Of a stretch of 64,000 nucleotides of DNA, positions 1-8,155 are shown one piece after another (position 1 is the first letter of the stretch; each line of letters opens with the position of its first letter). The stretch comes from a virus. Both the position numbers and the translations under genes were made by a program. The notes below the pieces were generated by a model. The model saw nothing but the letters and a program-made list of their open reading frames with translations, did not search any database and had not been told where the DNA came from. The stretch lies in IMG/VR virus record IMGVR_UViG_3300025276_000021. The stretch is one strand, 5' to 3'.

Positions 1-74
1 ATAAATAGATGTGTGATATATTTTATGTTATATTTGATTTAGATTATAGTATCTAACCTCAGGAATTTAAAAAT

Positions 75-563
75 ATGATTGATCCACTTACTGCAATTGC
101 CGCAGCATCTGCCGCCTACAATGGCGTAAAAAAAGTGATGGAAGCAGGCAAAGAAATAGAGGATGTTACACAGACTCTAGGAAAATGGTTCGGCGCACTT
201 AATGACATTAATCGTGCCGAGCAGCAAAGAAAAAACCCTCCACTCCATGCAAAATTCGCAGGCAATGCATCTATTGAAGAAGAAGCCTTTGCTATTATTG
301 CACACCAAAAGAAAATGAAAGAACAAGAAAAAGAAATGGCTTTTATGCTGAATATGCGCTTTGGACCTTCTACCTGGGATGAAATGATGCAACTTCGCCG
401 TGATATTAAAAAACAACGTGAGGATACAATTTACGCCGCTGAAGAATTTAAACATGCAATTATTGATGGAGCGATAATGATAGCACTATCTTGTGGAATA
501 CTAGGAATGATTTTTAGCGGAGTCTATCTTATTGGAGTTGTACAAACTCCGCCTTGGTGGTAA
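75..563 (+). CDS. hypothetical protein with C-terminal transmembrane helix
   Basis: 162-aa ORF, AGGA SD at 61-64, hydrophobic C-terminal segment; window begins with ATAAATA, possibly a truncated late promoter. Confidence 0.75.
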   Translation: MIDPLTAIAAASAAYNGVKKVMEAGKEIEDVTQTLGKWFGALNDINRAEQQRKNPPLHAKFAGNASIEEEAFAIIAHQKKMKEQEKEMAFMLNMRFGPSTWDEMMQLRRDIKKQREDTIYAAEEFKHAIIDGAIMIALSCGILGMIFSGVYLIGVVQTPPWW

Positions 564-564
564 A

Positions 565-783
565 ATGATACAGGTATTCATGTTAGTACTAATTATGGGA
601 ATAGGTGGAGATAGAAAAGAAGTTGGAGAAACTTTATATTTTAAATCAATTCAAGTGTGCAATGCGACTGCTTTTGAATTATCTAAAAGATGGGGTCATT
701 GGTCTCACAGAGATCAGGTAACCGCATATTGTTTACCAAAAGCGGTTGAACCCGATACTCCCTTAATTGACGTTATCGATTAG
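565..783 (+). CDS. small hypothetical protein (hydrophobic N-terminus, two Cys)
   Basis: ATG at 565 right after upstream stop; MIQVFMLVLIM...FKSIQVC...AYCLP. Confidence 0.65.
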   Translation: MIQVFMLVLIMGIGGDRKEVGETLYFKSIQVCNATAFELSKRWGHWSHRDQVTAYCLPKAVEPDTPLIDVID

Positions 784-1372
784 CAAGCGGATTATCTAAC
801 GCTTTAGTTACTAGCGTATTCAAATCATTTTCTAGTCTGCCAAGCTCTTTGTCTATGCCAGATTCCATATTTGTTATTTTGCTGTCAACTTTACTTAGCA
901 AGGCATCAATTTTATCGTCAAATCTATCGGATGCAGCATCTACAGATTTTCGGTTATCATCTTTGCCCTTATCTATCATACCCTCAACTTTGTCGATAGT
1001 ATTATTTACTTTTGTTTCAAGTCGTGTAATCATGCCTTCTGTTCTCATAATAGAACTTCGAAGTGATCCTGTAGTTTGACTAACATTCTCTTGTGTCTGT
1101 GTAACGCTATCTCTAATCGTTTTTATTTGACTTTGGAATGACTCCACAATTGCCCTAGTCGATTCAAGTTCCTCGCGAGTGACAGCCAACTCTTCGGTAA
1201 TTGCGCTCAAATCTGGCGCCACATATTCTTCGATTTGTTCTTTCATATTTCGATAATCATTATAAAATTCAAACCCTCCCCAAGCACCGCCACCTAATGT
1301 ACTTAAGGCTGTAATTATCGCAAACATTTTGCCGCCTGTGAATTTTAGTCCTGCAAATTCTACTTCTGCCAT
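773..1372 (-). CDS. membrane-anchored coiled-coil protein
   Basis: N-terminal TM helix followed by long heptad-rich region; AGGA SD. Confidence 0.75.
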   Translation of the reverse strand: MAEVEFAGLKFTGGKMFAIITALSTLGGGAWGGFEFYNDYRNMKEQIEEYVAPDLSAITEELAVTREELESTRAIVESFQSQIKTIRDSVTQTQENVSQTTGSLRSSIMRTEGMITRLETKVNNTIDKVEGMIDKGKDDNRKSVDAASDRFDDKIDALLSKVDSKITNMESGIDKELGRLENDLNTLVTKALDNPLANR

Positions 1373-1384
1373 TTATCTATTCCT

Positions 1385-1699
1385 TTAAAATTTAATTTCT
1401 TTTCCGACAACTATTCCCACGTTATCGTTTTCTATGCCAGGCATTATAAAAAATGTTCCATATCTCAACCTTACAATCGGCATAATGCCTTTATGATATC
1501 CACTTGCAACACCAATTTCCATATCTACGTTATCATCAAGATTAATGTTTGTAGAAGCGAAATAGCTCACTCGTTTTTCGCTGTTATAGAATGCCCCGAC
1601 ATATAAATTTGAATGTGCAAATTTTATGTAAGGATGAAAATCATTATAGTTTTTTTCCATTGCAAAATGTAGCGTTAACGCTAATCCTAAGTCTAACAT
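1385..1699 (-). CDS. small putative outer-membrane beta-strand protein
   Basis: alternating hydrophobic beta pattern, C-terminal Phe (VGIVVGKEIKF). Confidence 0.55.
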   Translation of the reverse strand: MLDLGLALTLHFAMEKNYNDFHPYIKFAHSNLYVGAFYNSEKRVSYFASTNINLDDNVDMEIGVASGYHKGIMPIVRLRYGTFFIMPGIENDNVGIVVGKEIKF

Positions 1700-1700
1700 A

Positions 1701-3740
1701 TTATTTCCTTAAATTTGGATATTGTGAATCTTCCATTATACCGAAGTTGGGATCATTGACAAACCATCTTGCAAATTCATGGTCAACTGTAGGTTTTGGT
1801 GGATAAAAATATATATCTGGTACTTTCATTTCTGCATAATCAAAATCAGGCACAAAAGCTATTAAAGCTAATAATTGTGCTTGCATTTTCATTTGATCTT
1901 CAATCGTATCAGCATCGTCAATTTTCTCTTTTATTCCCGCAATCTTTATTGCAACTAAATCCTTAATCTTCTTTTTACGACTATCTTTTTTTTCTTTTTC
2001 CGTTGGCTCTGGCTTTTCTTCTTTTTTCTCAGGTTTAGTAGCATCTTCCTCAGATTCAACGGCTTTGTCAGTATCTTCGCCCTCATCTACTTCTTTATCC
2101 TTTCCATCACCATCTTCAGAGCCAGTATCTTCCCCAGCGTCTTTTTCTTTTCCGTCATTACTCTCGGACTCGCTCGATTCATCATCGGATGATTCTTCAC
2201 TTTTTCCATCAGTATCGGATCCAGATCCGTCATTCTCTTCTGGCTCGGCTGATTCCGACTTCGGCTCTGGCTCTGGCTCGGATCCAGACTCTCCTTCTCC
2301 ACTGGAATCTGATTTTCCTTGCTCTGGCTCATCTGCCCTAATAGTTGTTGTTTCAACTGGTCCATCATTTTCCCTTTCTTTTAGCTGCATTTCTATTTCT
2401 GCAATTTCCATCTCAATTGATTCCGTAGTTATAGTCGTATCAGGTACCGTCTGATCTATAATAGAGACACTTGACATATCAATAATTTCAGGCATGATAA
2501 AAATGGGCACAACAATATCGACTGGCGCTGCGGCTACTGTGACGGCTGCGGTTGCTTGTTCCAAATATTCTTCTACTGATCCCGGCTCAGAAATTTCTCC
2601 AGCGTTTGATTCCACTGTAGGAGAAGAATAGTTTGGACAACTTATATCATATTGACCATCTAATTCGCATTGCTGATCGAAATATGCAACTTGATACATT
2701 GGACATTGTACGTCATATAGTTGATCATATGTACACTGTTGGTCAAGATATGCAGCTTCATATCCTGGACAAGCAGGAGAATATAGTTCGTCTATCGCAC
2801 ATTGCTGTGTAAGAAATGCAGCGGAATATCCTGGACAGGACATATCGTATAAGGGTGATGCAGCGCAAGCCTTATCGTAAAGATGTTTTGCGTATGCTTC
2901 TGCATATCCTTCGCATGTAGGATTATAAAGGGTGTCGAGATTACAAGGATTCGATCTATATGTAAAGCTAGTATCTCCGCTTCTAACTACAGGACCATAA
3001 TAACCATCATATTTTCCATTGTCAACAGAGGTGATTACAAAACTTACATCACCTAAATGAGAAGGACTATATATTGTACCCTCACCAGTCAAATGATTGA
3101 ATAACTCTATATCATCCTCTGTTATTTGCCAAACAGCGCCAAATTCGCCTTCTTTTGTCGTTTCGTTAGTACTATGGTCATTTTGGCGATTCCAATGAAA
3201 CCAAGTATCATAATCGTAAGTTCTTTGTTCAATTATATTATCGTTTGAATCCGTTATAGTAACAACTACGTTTAGGCTATCAAATTGATCTGCGTATTCG
3301 CCCGTTGGTTTGAAATTTTCATCTAATCTATTTTCGATATCACTATCACAATAGATTTCTGTGCCGTCTGGTTTGGTTACGTTGAAACAACCATTTATCC
3401 ATTCCCATCTGTAGTGAATTTTATCAAGACTGATTCCTGATCCAGCGGTGGACAAAGCTTCATTTAAAGCTATGCTTATTGCAAATTGGTCAGAACAAGC
3501 ACCAAACTGTAAAACTTCTCCAGAACCCCAATTATGTACATCGCCTGTGAGTAAATTTACGTGGGATGATGCCTCACTAAAACAAGCACCGTTCGATATA
3601 ATTCCATCAGTCAAACTAGCTTCCGGAGATATAGTTGTTGGCGATTCTTGACTGCTAGCCGCCAGCGGCAAACATAAGAAGAACAAGTAAAGCACCGCCG
3701 ATAACACTTTTGCCAGTGTCCCATTGCCTTTTTTGAACAT
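1701..3740 (-). CDS. large secreted protein with Cys-Tyr repeats and acidic linker
   Basis: signal-peptide-like N-terminus, five CxxxxLYxxxCxxY repeats, D/E/S-rich low-complexity region; exact start uncertain. Confidence 0.75.
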   Translation of the reverse strand: MFKKGNGTLAKVLSAVLYLFFLCLPLAASSQESPTTISPEASLTDGIISNGACFSEASSHVNLLTGDVHNWGSGEVLQFGACSDQFAISIALNEALSTAGSGISLDKIHYRWEWINGCFNVTKPDGTEIYCDSDIENRLDENFKPTGEYADQFDSLNVVVTITDSNDNIIEQRTYDYDTWFHWNRQNDHSTNETTKEGEFGAVWQITEDDIELFNHLTGEGTIYSPSHLGDVSFVITSVDNGKYDGYYGPVVRSGDTSFTYRSNPCNLDTLYNPTCEGYAEAYAKHLYDKACAASPLYDMSCPGYSAAFLTQQCAIDELYSPACPGYEAAYLDQQCTYDQLYDVQCPMYQVAYFDQQCELDGQYDISCPNYSSPTVESNAGEISEPGSVEEYLEQATAAVTVAAAPVDIVVPIFIMPEIIDMSSVSIIDQTVPDTTITTESIEMEIAEIEMQLKERENDGPVETTTIRADEPEQGKSDSSGEGESGSEPEPEPKSESAEPEENDGSGSDTDGKSEESSDDESSESESNDGKEKDAGEDTGSEDGDGKDKEVDEGEDTDKAVESEEDATKPEKKEEKPEPTEKEKKDSRKKKIKDLVAIKIAGIKEKIDDADTIEDQMKMQAQLLALIAFVPDFDYAEMKVPDIYFYPPKPTVDHEFARWFVNDPNFGIMEDSQYPNLRK
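2630..2947 (-). repeat. five ~22-aa Cys-Tyr peptide repeats
   Basis: CNLDTLYNPTCEGY / CAASPLYDMSCPGY / CAIDELYSPACPGY / CTYDQLYDVQCPMY / CELDGQYDISCPNY. Confidence 0.85.
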
Positions 3741-4236
3741 CTGATTTGGTCTCCGGTACTATAAATTCTGGAATTTTCTTCTTTCCTGTCGGTTTTTTCC
3801 ATTCAAGCTTTGCATCGTCGCCAATTTTGCCTTCATATGGACAGGGAGTTCCAGCCATTCGCATAGCATCGTGAACCCTCCTATCTTGACATAAAACTGA
3901 AACCGCTGCTACTTTCATACCAAAATCGTATAGTGTTTTAGAAATTTTTAATCTTTCGCAATTCTGATCTGTTACAGTTTCTCCGGTTGATATACCTAGA
4001 ATTTGCGTTTGGACTGCTCCAGAAATTGCAACAGTACACAAGTCTTGAGAACTACCACCAGCACTAGGAGAAATTGCTGAAGGAGGTGGTGATAGAACTA
4101 TAGTTCTGCCTTTTGAATCTGAATTGCTATTACTTTGAGTTGTAGTTTCCACTACTGTCTGAGCATATAGAACGATAGGTTTTGATGCACATGCAGTAAC
4201 TAATAGAAACAATAATATCAATAATTTTTTACTCAT
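3655..4236 (-). CDS. putative exported protein or lipoprotein, Cys-containing, with C-terminal TM helix
   Basis: signal peptide with possible lipobox VTAC; four further Cys; GGAG SD; late promoter upstream. Confidence 0.75.
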   Translation of the reverse strand: MSKKLLILLFLLVTACASKPIVLYAQTVVETTTQSNSNSDSKGRTIVLSPPPSAISPSAGGSSQDLCTVAISGAVQTQILGISTGETVTDQNCERLKISKTLYDFGMKVAAVSVLCQDRRVHDAMRMAGTPCPYEGKIGDDAKLEWKKPTGKKKIPEFIVPETKSDVQKRQWDTGKSVIGGALLVLLMFAAGG

Positions 4237-4260
4237 AATTTAACTCCTGTTTATCACTAC

Positions 4261-4268
4261 TATTTATA
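4261..4268 (-). promoter_or_regulatory. T4-type late promoter TATAAATA
   Basis: exact TATAAATA 25 nt upstream of the 4236 start. Confidence 0.75.
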
Positions 4269-4316
4269 AGAAAAAGATAGGCAAAATACCCATCTCTAGT
4301 TAATGCTAACTAATAT

Positions 4317-4361
4317 TATAGTATTAGTAATCGACCGAAAATGGGTATTACTAATACTATA
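4317..4361. repeat. perfect 15-bp inverted repeat
   Basis: TATAGTATTAGTAAT (4317-4331) and ATTACTAATACTATA (4347-4361), 15-nt spacer. Confidence 0.9.
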
Positions 4362-4383
4362 GTATCATTTACTCATATCATAT

Positions 4384-4412
4384 AAAAAAAGAGGGGCAAA
4401 AATGCCCCTCTT
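4384..4412 (-). terminator. intrinsic terminator after porin gene
   Basis: GAGGGGCA/TGCCCCTC stem followed by a U-run on the - strand. Confidence 0.8.
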
Positions 4413-4456
4413 ACTCTGCAGCGTAAATTTTAGATAATTACTCTAATAGTGTAATT

Positions 4457-5611
4457 TTAGAATGAGAATGAGATTCCTGCATCAATCCATTGACGTTTTG
4501 CATCGTCATTCATAACTCCAATTTTCGCTGTTGCGCCACCAAGATCATACTCAACACCAAAGCCTGTGTATGATGTATCAGCGGAACCAACTGTAGTAAC
4601 GTCTTTCTGAAAAACTGTTCCTGTCAAGGCAGAGATATTATATGAAATGCTAATTGCAGTTTCTTCAACATCTGCGGCAGTACCGTTATCATCTTCTGAC
4701 TGTACAACTTTAGCTGTAATATCAGCCATAGTCATTCCAGCACCATATGAGGTTTGAGTTGCTGTTCCGATTTGAGAATGTCCTACGCCAACATTAACAG
4801 CAACGCCGCTAATATCTTGAGAATAAGAAAGACCTACAGCATTATTGCTTCCTGATTGAATTGTAGTATCCATCGACAATGCTGCAGTAATACCCATTGT
4901 ACTCAATTCCCAGCCTAGATTATGTGCGCTAGATTGATATGACAATTCGTTATTATTGCCTAAACCCGCAATACCAACACCAGCAACATCACCTACAGTA
5001 ATCTCATCTGCTCCGTCTAGATCGCCCATTGAGATTTTGCCGAATGTGCCGCTGATATATTGAGAACCCGCAGTGCCTGCATTACCGGCAACAGCGTTAT
5101 CAGCACGAATAGTTGCGCCAAAAGAAAGACCGTTATCAAGTGTGCCCTCACCTGTGAAAGCAATACGAACACGATTTACTGCAGATGTTGTATCCTTAAC
5201 AGCGTCAGTGCCTACAGTACCATCTGTTGCATCAATTGCTGCATCCCAAGCTGTAATTGCAGCATTGTATGATGTTACCTCTGCGGCAGTAGGGCCAGAA
5301 ATAAGTCCAAACGCAGTGACAGCCGCAGCCCGATCTGCTCGGAGTTCTGTTAGCAGAGTGACGGCAGTTGAGTCGCTAGTTGCTGCCGCAGCAGATAGAT
5401 CAGATGCCCAAGTACCTACAGCGGTATCAAGTGCTGTAATCTGTGCTGCAGTATACGCACCTTCTGTTGCTGCAACAGCGGCAGTACCTTCAACACTCTG
5501 TACTCCCATACGGGCAGAACCTGTGATACCCAATTTAAAATCTGCTGCGGAAACGGTAGTTGTGAGTGCTGTTGTTGCAAGCATAGCAACGGCAAGAGTA
5601 GTAAACTTCAT
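4457..5611 (-). CDS. alphaproteobacterial (Rhodobacter-type) porin with large insertion
   Basis: signal peptide; RVRIAFTGEGTLDNGLSFGATIRAD and ISGTFGKISMGDLDGA motifs; C-terminal beta-signal AGISFSF. Confidence 0.85.
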   Translation of the reverse strand: MKFTTLAVAMLATTALTTTVSAADFKLGITGSARMGVQSVEGTAAVAATEGAYTAAQITALDTAVGTWASDLSAAAATSDSTAVTLLTELRADRAAAVTAFGLISGPTAAEVTSYNAAITAWDAAIDATDGTVGTDAVKDTTSAVNRVRIAFTGEGTLDNGLSFGATIRADNAVAGNAGTAGSQYISGTFGKISMGDLDGADEITVGDVAGVGIAGLGNNNELSYQSSAHNLGWELSTMGITAALSMDTTIQSGSNNAVGLSYSQDISGVAVNVGVGHSQIGTATQTSYGAGMTMADITAKVVQSEDDNGTAADVEETAISISYNISALTGTVFQKDVTTVGSADTSYTGFGVEYDLGGATAKIGVMNDDAKRQWIDAGISFSF

Positions 5612-5641
5612 TAAAATATTCCTTTGTGATTAAATAAAATA

Positions 5642-6060
5642 CGACTTTTCTGTTGCTAGGTAAGTCGCCAACCCCCTGTGTTATGCAGCTAGTGCGTAAC
5701 CAGATGGTGCAAAATTATTGTTTGCATTTAGTAGTTTCTTCGCGTTAACCCAGCTTAGATCGGGATAGTCTCCATGTTTCCGTCCACATCTGTCGATCCT
5801 ATTTCATCCCCATCATAAAGTCACTGAACCTAGAGGTTTACAGATATATTTAACTGTATCCCAATGTCCGTCTGCTGGAACTTCTGTATACTCTACAAGC
5901 ATAGTTTCGCATTTCAATTTGGTATCAAATTGCTGTATGTCTTGCTCTAAACAAGTAGAGCCAGAGCAAACCGTCAGTAGTATATGCCAGATAATTTCCA
6001 TTTCAAATGTCCTTATGGTGGAGATGCGCGGTACTGCCCCGCGGTCCAGTATATGTCAAG
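5642..6060 (-). ncRNA. ssrA: two-piece, circularly permuted tmRNA (acceptor piece ~6060-6016; coding piece 5811-~5642)
   Basis: acceptor stem GGGGATG (5811-5805) pairs with CATCTCC-A-CCA (ending 6016), with G3:U70; T-arm CGCGG-GGCAGTA-CCGCG; tag frame ANNNFAPSGYALAA* at 5725-5681; GCAACAGAA motif downstream; outer ends approximate. Confidence 0.95.
5813..6001 (-). CDS. 62-aa four-Cys protein inside the tmRNA intervening segment (YebW/DUF1482-like pattern)
   Basis: TAAGGA SD immediately after the tmRNA CCA; ATG 6001; TGA 1 nt before tmRNA G1; hydrophobic N-terminus, CxxxxC...C...C. Confidence 0.7.
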   Translation of the reverse strand: MEIIWHILLTVCSGSTCLEQDIQQFDTKLKCETMLVEYTEVPADGHWDTVKYICKPLGSVTL

Positions 6061-6116
6061 TTAATATCATCAACTACAGTAGTATATAGTCTCCTATTTG
6101 TCATTTAATTGACAAC

Positions 6117-6145
6117 ATTATAGCATTATTTCGTTAGTGTGTCAA
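6117..6145 (-). promoter_or_regulatory. consensus sigma70-type promoter for tmRNA/porin
   Basis: TTGACA-17 nt-TATAAT with extended TG. Confidence 0.85.
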
Positions 6146-6217
6146 TAGGGAAACAGCTTTTTTTGAAACTAAAAACTTTAGAGGACATTTCATTTCCTAA
6201 CTCATAATTTTTTTTAC

Positions 6218-8152
6218 TTATACTCCTTCTTTATATAAGTAAACCCTGCCTATATTTGCGTAGCTATATGCAGAACCAGAATACACACCATTTCCTACGC
6301 CATCTACGTTCTGTAAACCATCTGCACTAATCAAGCATTGTGTGCCATCACCTGTCATACTAACATTGTGACCAAAGTTAGCTGCCTCTGAGATCACCCC
6401 AGCAGCAAAACTTGGGACTATTCTTTCGTGTTCAGTCCAAGTTGAACCTGATCTAAGATATGTATATGCTGCACCGAACCAAGTTGTTCCACTACTGAAG
6501 GCGCGGAGTTCACCTAAGGCACCAATTATCAATTTATCTCCTGCTGCATCTAATGTTACTGTTCCAAATCTATATGTTTGTGCCGAACCATTTGTTGGAT
6601 ATGAAGCGGGTCTTATATGTTGTTGATGCGTCCATGTTGTTCCCGATCTTGTCCAGACATTTACAAAGCCACCAGAAGAACCTACTACCGCTCCCCATGC
6701 AAAAGTATTTCCGTCATATGATAAAGATAAAGCATTATTAGAGGAACCACCGCCTTCCCCTTGCCCGTTCCAACCACCGGCGTAGCCGATATTGTCGGTA
6801 TTTCTGTAATACGAACTTTCGCCGAATTGGTAATTTGTTGTGGTTATAGTGTGTTCTTCATTTGAACCAACAGAATTAGCCCAACTTGTGCCATTATATT
6901 TGTAAATATATATCTTGCCCGCGTTGGTGCCCGCGCTGTCTTGTCCATGCGCGGCAACAGCTAAAGTGCTACCATCACCTGACAAACAGACAGTGTTAAA
7001 CTGATCATTCGCTACCGAATCGGAACCACTAAATACTGTTTGCTCAGTCCAAGTTGTTCCACTTCTGGTTAAAATAGAAACTTCACCTGCGTTGTACGCT
7101 ACAGTGTTTTGCCTTTTTCCACCATCATTTGTTCCGCCTCGGTTAGAACCAACAGCAAGCGTATTTCCGTCATCACTTAAATCTATAGTCTTGCCATAAT
7201 ATTGATATTGTTGATTTGTGCCTGACCTCATAAGGGTTTGTTGTGTTGACCAAGTGGTTCCAGTTCTAGATAATACAAATACTCTTCCTGCATATGTAAT
7301 TGAACCATCTGTATAATCTGAGTGTGCTACCGCAATAGTATTTCCATCAGCACTTATTGCTAAGGAATCTCCAACACCCATATATTGTTCAGTTGTTGAT
7401 TGGGTTGGAGAAAATGTATGTTGGAGTGTCCAAGTAGTGCCGCTATCAGATGTAACATATATGTATGCTTCTCCACCTACACTAGAATCTGATCTAACTG
7501 CAATACCACTAGTAGATACCACAACAGTATTTCCATCACTTGATATTTTAGCCCGTCTACCGAATTGAGGGTAATGAGCATCCAAGAGATATGTGGGTGG
7601 GGTAAACGTAGCTAAAACCGCCGGTGCTTCCCAAGTGCCAAATGATAATGTAAATGCACTTACTGAACTAACCGCTGAATTTACGCCATCCGTTACACTA
7701 AATGTAATACTGAATGTCGTGGCATTACTTGCATGAGGAGTAATAGTGAATACGTTATCTGCGTTTGCAACAGTTGTTCCATTTAATGAACCAGCTGTTA
7801 CGCTTGATGACCACGTTAAAGCCATTCCTTCTGGATCCGTAGCCACTGCAGTAATTGTAGTGGCTGTTCCATCACTTGCTAAGCCATACGTTGAATTTAC
7901 ACCAGTAATAGAAGAAGGTGAAGCATTTGTTACTTCAGCGACCAGATACCAGCCTACTCCTGACCAGATATACAATTTATTTGTAGACGTAATAAATGCT
8001 TTATTACCAACAGTATCTGAGGTCGCTGGCAAATCAGCCAAATTTGTATAATGCTCCATTGAAGCTACAGTATCTAAAGGCTGGGCTGGATCAGTAGCTC
8101 TTACATAAGTAGGCAATTCTGTTGCGTATTTTATTTCAGAATATTTTGCCAT
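6218..8152 (-). CDS. tail fibre or receptor-binding protein with FG-GAP-like beta-propeller
   Basis: repeated FG..(V/I)(S/A)ISxDGNT.AV and RSGTTW motifs; N-terminal module shared with the next gene. Confidence 0.75.
   Translation of the reverse strand: MAKYSEIKYATELPTYVRATDPAQPLDTVASMEHYTNLADLPATSDTVGNKAFITSTNKLYIWSGVGWYLVAEVTNASPSSITGVNSTYGLASDGTATTITAVATDPEGMALTWSSSVTAGSLNGTTVANADNVFTITPHASNATTFSITFSVTDGVNSAVSSVSAFTLSFGTWEAPAVLATFTPPTYLLDAHYPQFGRRAKISSDGNTVVVSTSGIAVRSDSSVGGEAYIYVTSDSGTTWTLQHTFSPTQSTTEQYMGVGDSLAISADGNTIAVAHSDYTDGSITYAGRVFVLSRTGTTWSTQQTLMRSGTNQQYQYYGKTIDLSDDGNTLAVGSNRGGTNDGGKRQNTVAYNAGEVSILTRSGTTWTEQTVFSGSDSVANDQFNTVCLSGDGSTLAVAAHGQDSAGTNAGKIYIYKYNGTSWANSVGSNEEHTITTTNYQFGESSYYRNTDNIGYAGGWNGQGEGGGSSNNALSLSYDGNTFAWGAVVGSSGGFVNVWTRSGTTWTHQQHIRPASYPTNGSAQTYRFGTVTLDAAGDKLIIGALGELRAFSSGTTWFGAAYTYLRSGSTWTEHERIVPSFAAGVISEAANFGHNVSMTGDGTQCLISADGLQNVDGVGNGVYSGSAYSYANIGRVYLYKEGV
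7876..7986. repeat. duplicated segment, copy 1 (N-terminal fibre module)
   Basis: 34-nt (7876-7909) and 40-nt (7947-7986) blocks identical to 10621-10654 and 10692-10731. Confidence 0.9.
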
Positions 8153-8155
8153 AAT

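Noticed and set aside
2065-2454. Ser-rich + strand ORF and overlapping 2087-2368 ORF
   Set aside because: Shadows of the acidic low-complexity region of 1701-3740.
5073-5633. 186-aa + strand ORF
   Set aside because: Antisense shadow of the Ala/Thr-rich porin; no SD or motifs.
6016-6060. Stand-alone tRNA or prophage att-site tRNA fragment
   Set aside because: No D or anticodon arm; it pairs with GGGGATG at 5811 and is the tmRNA acceptor piece. No integrase is present and both flanks are phage genes.
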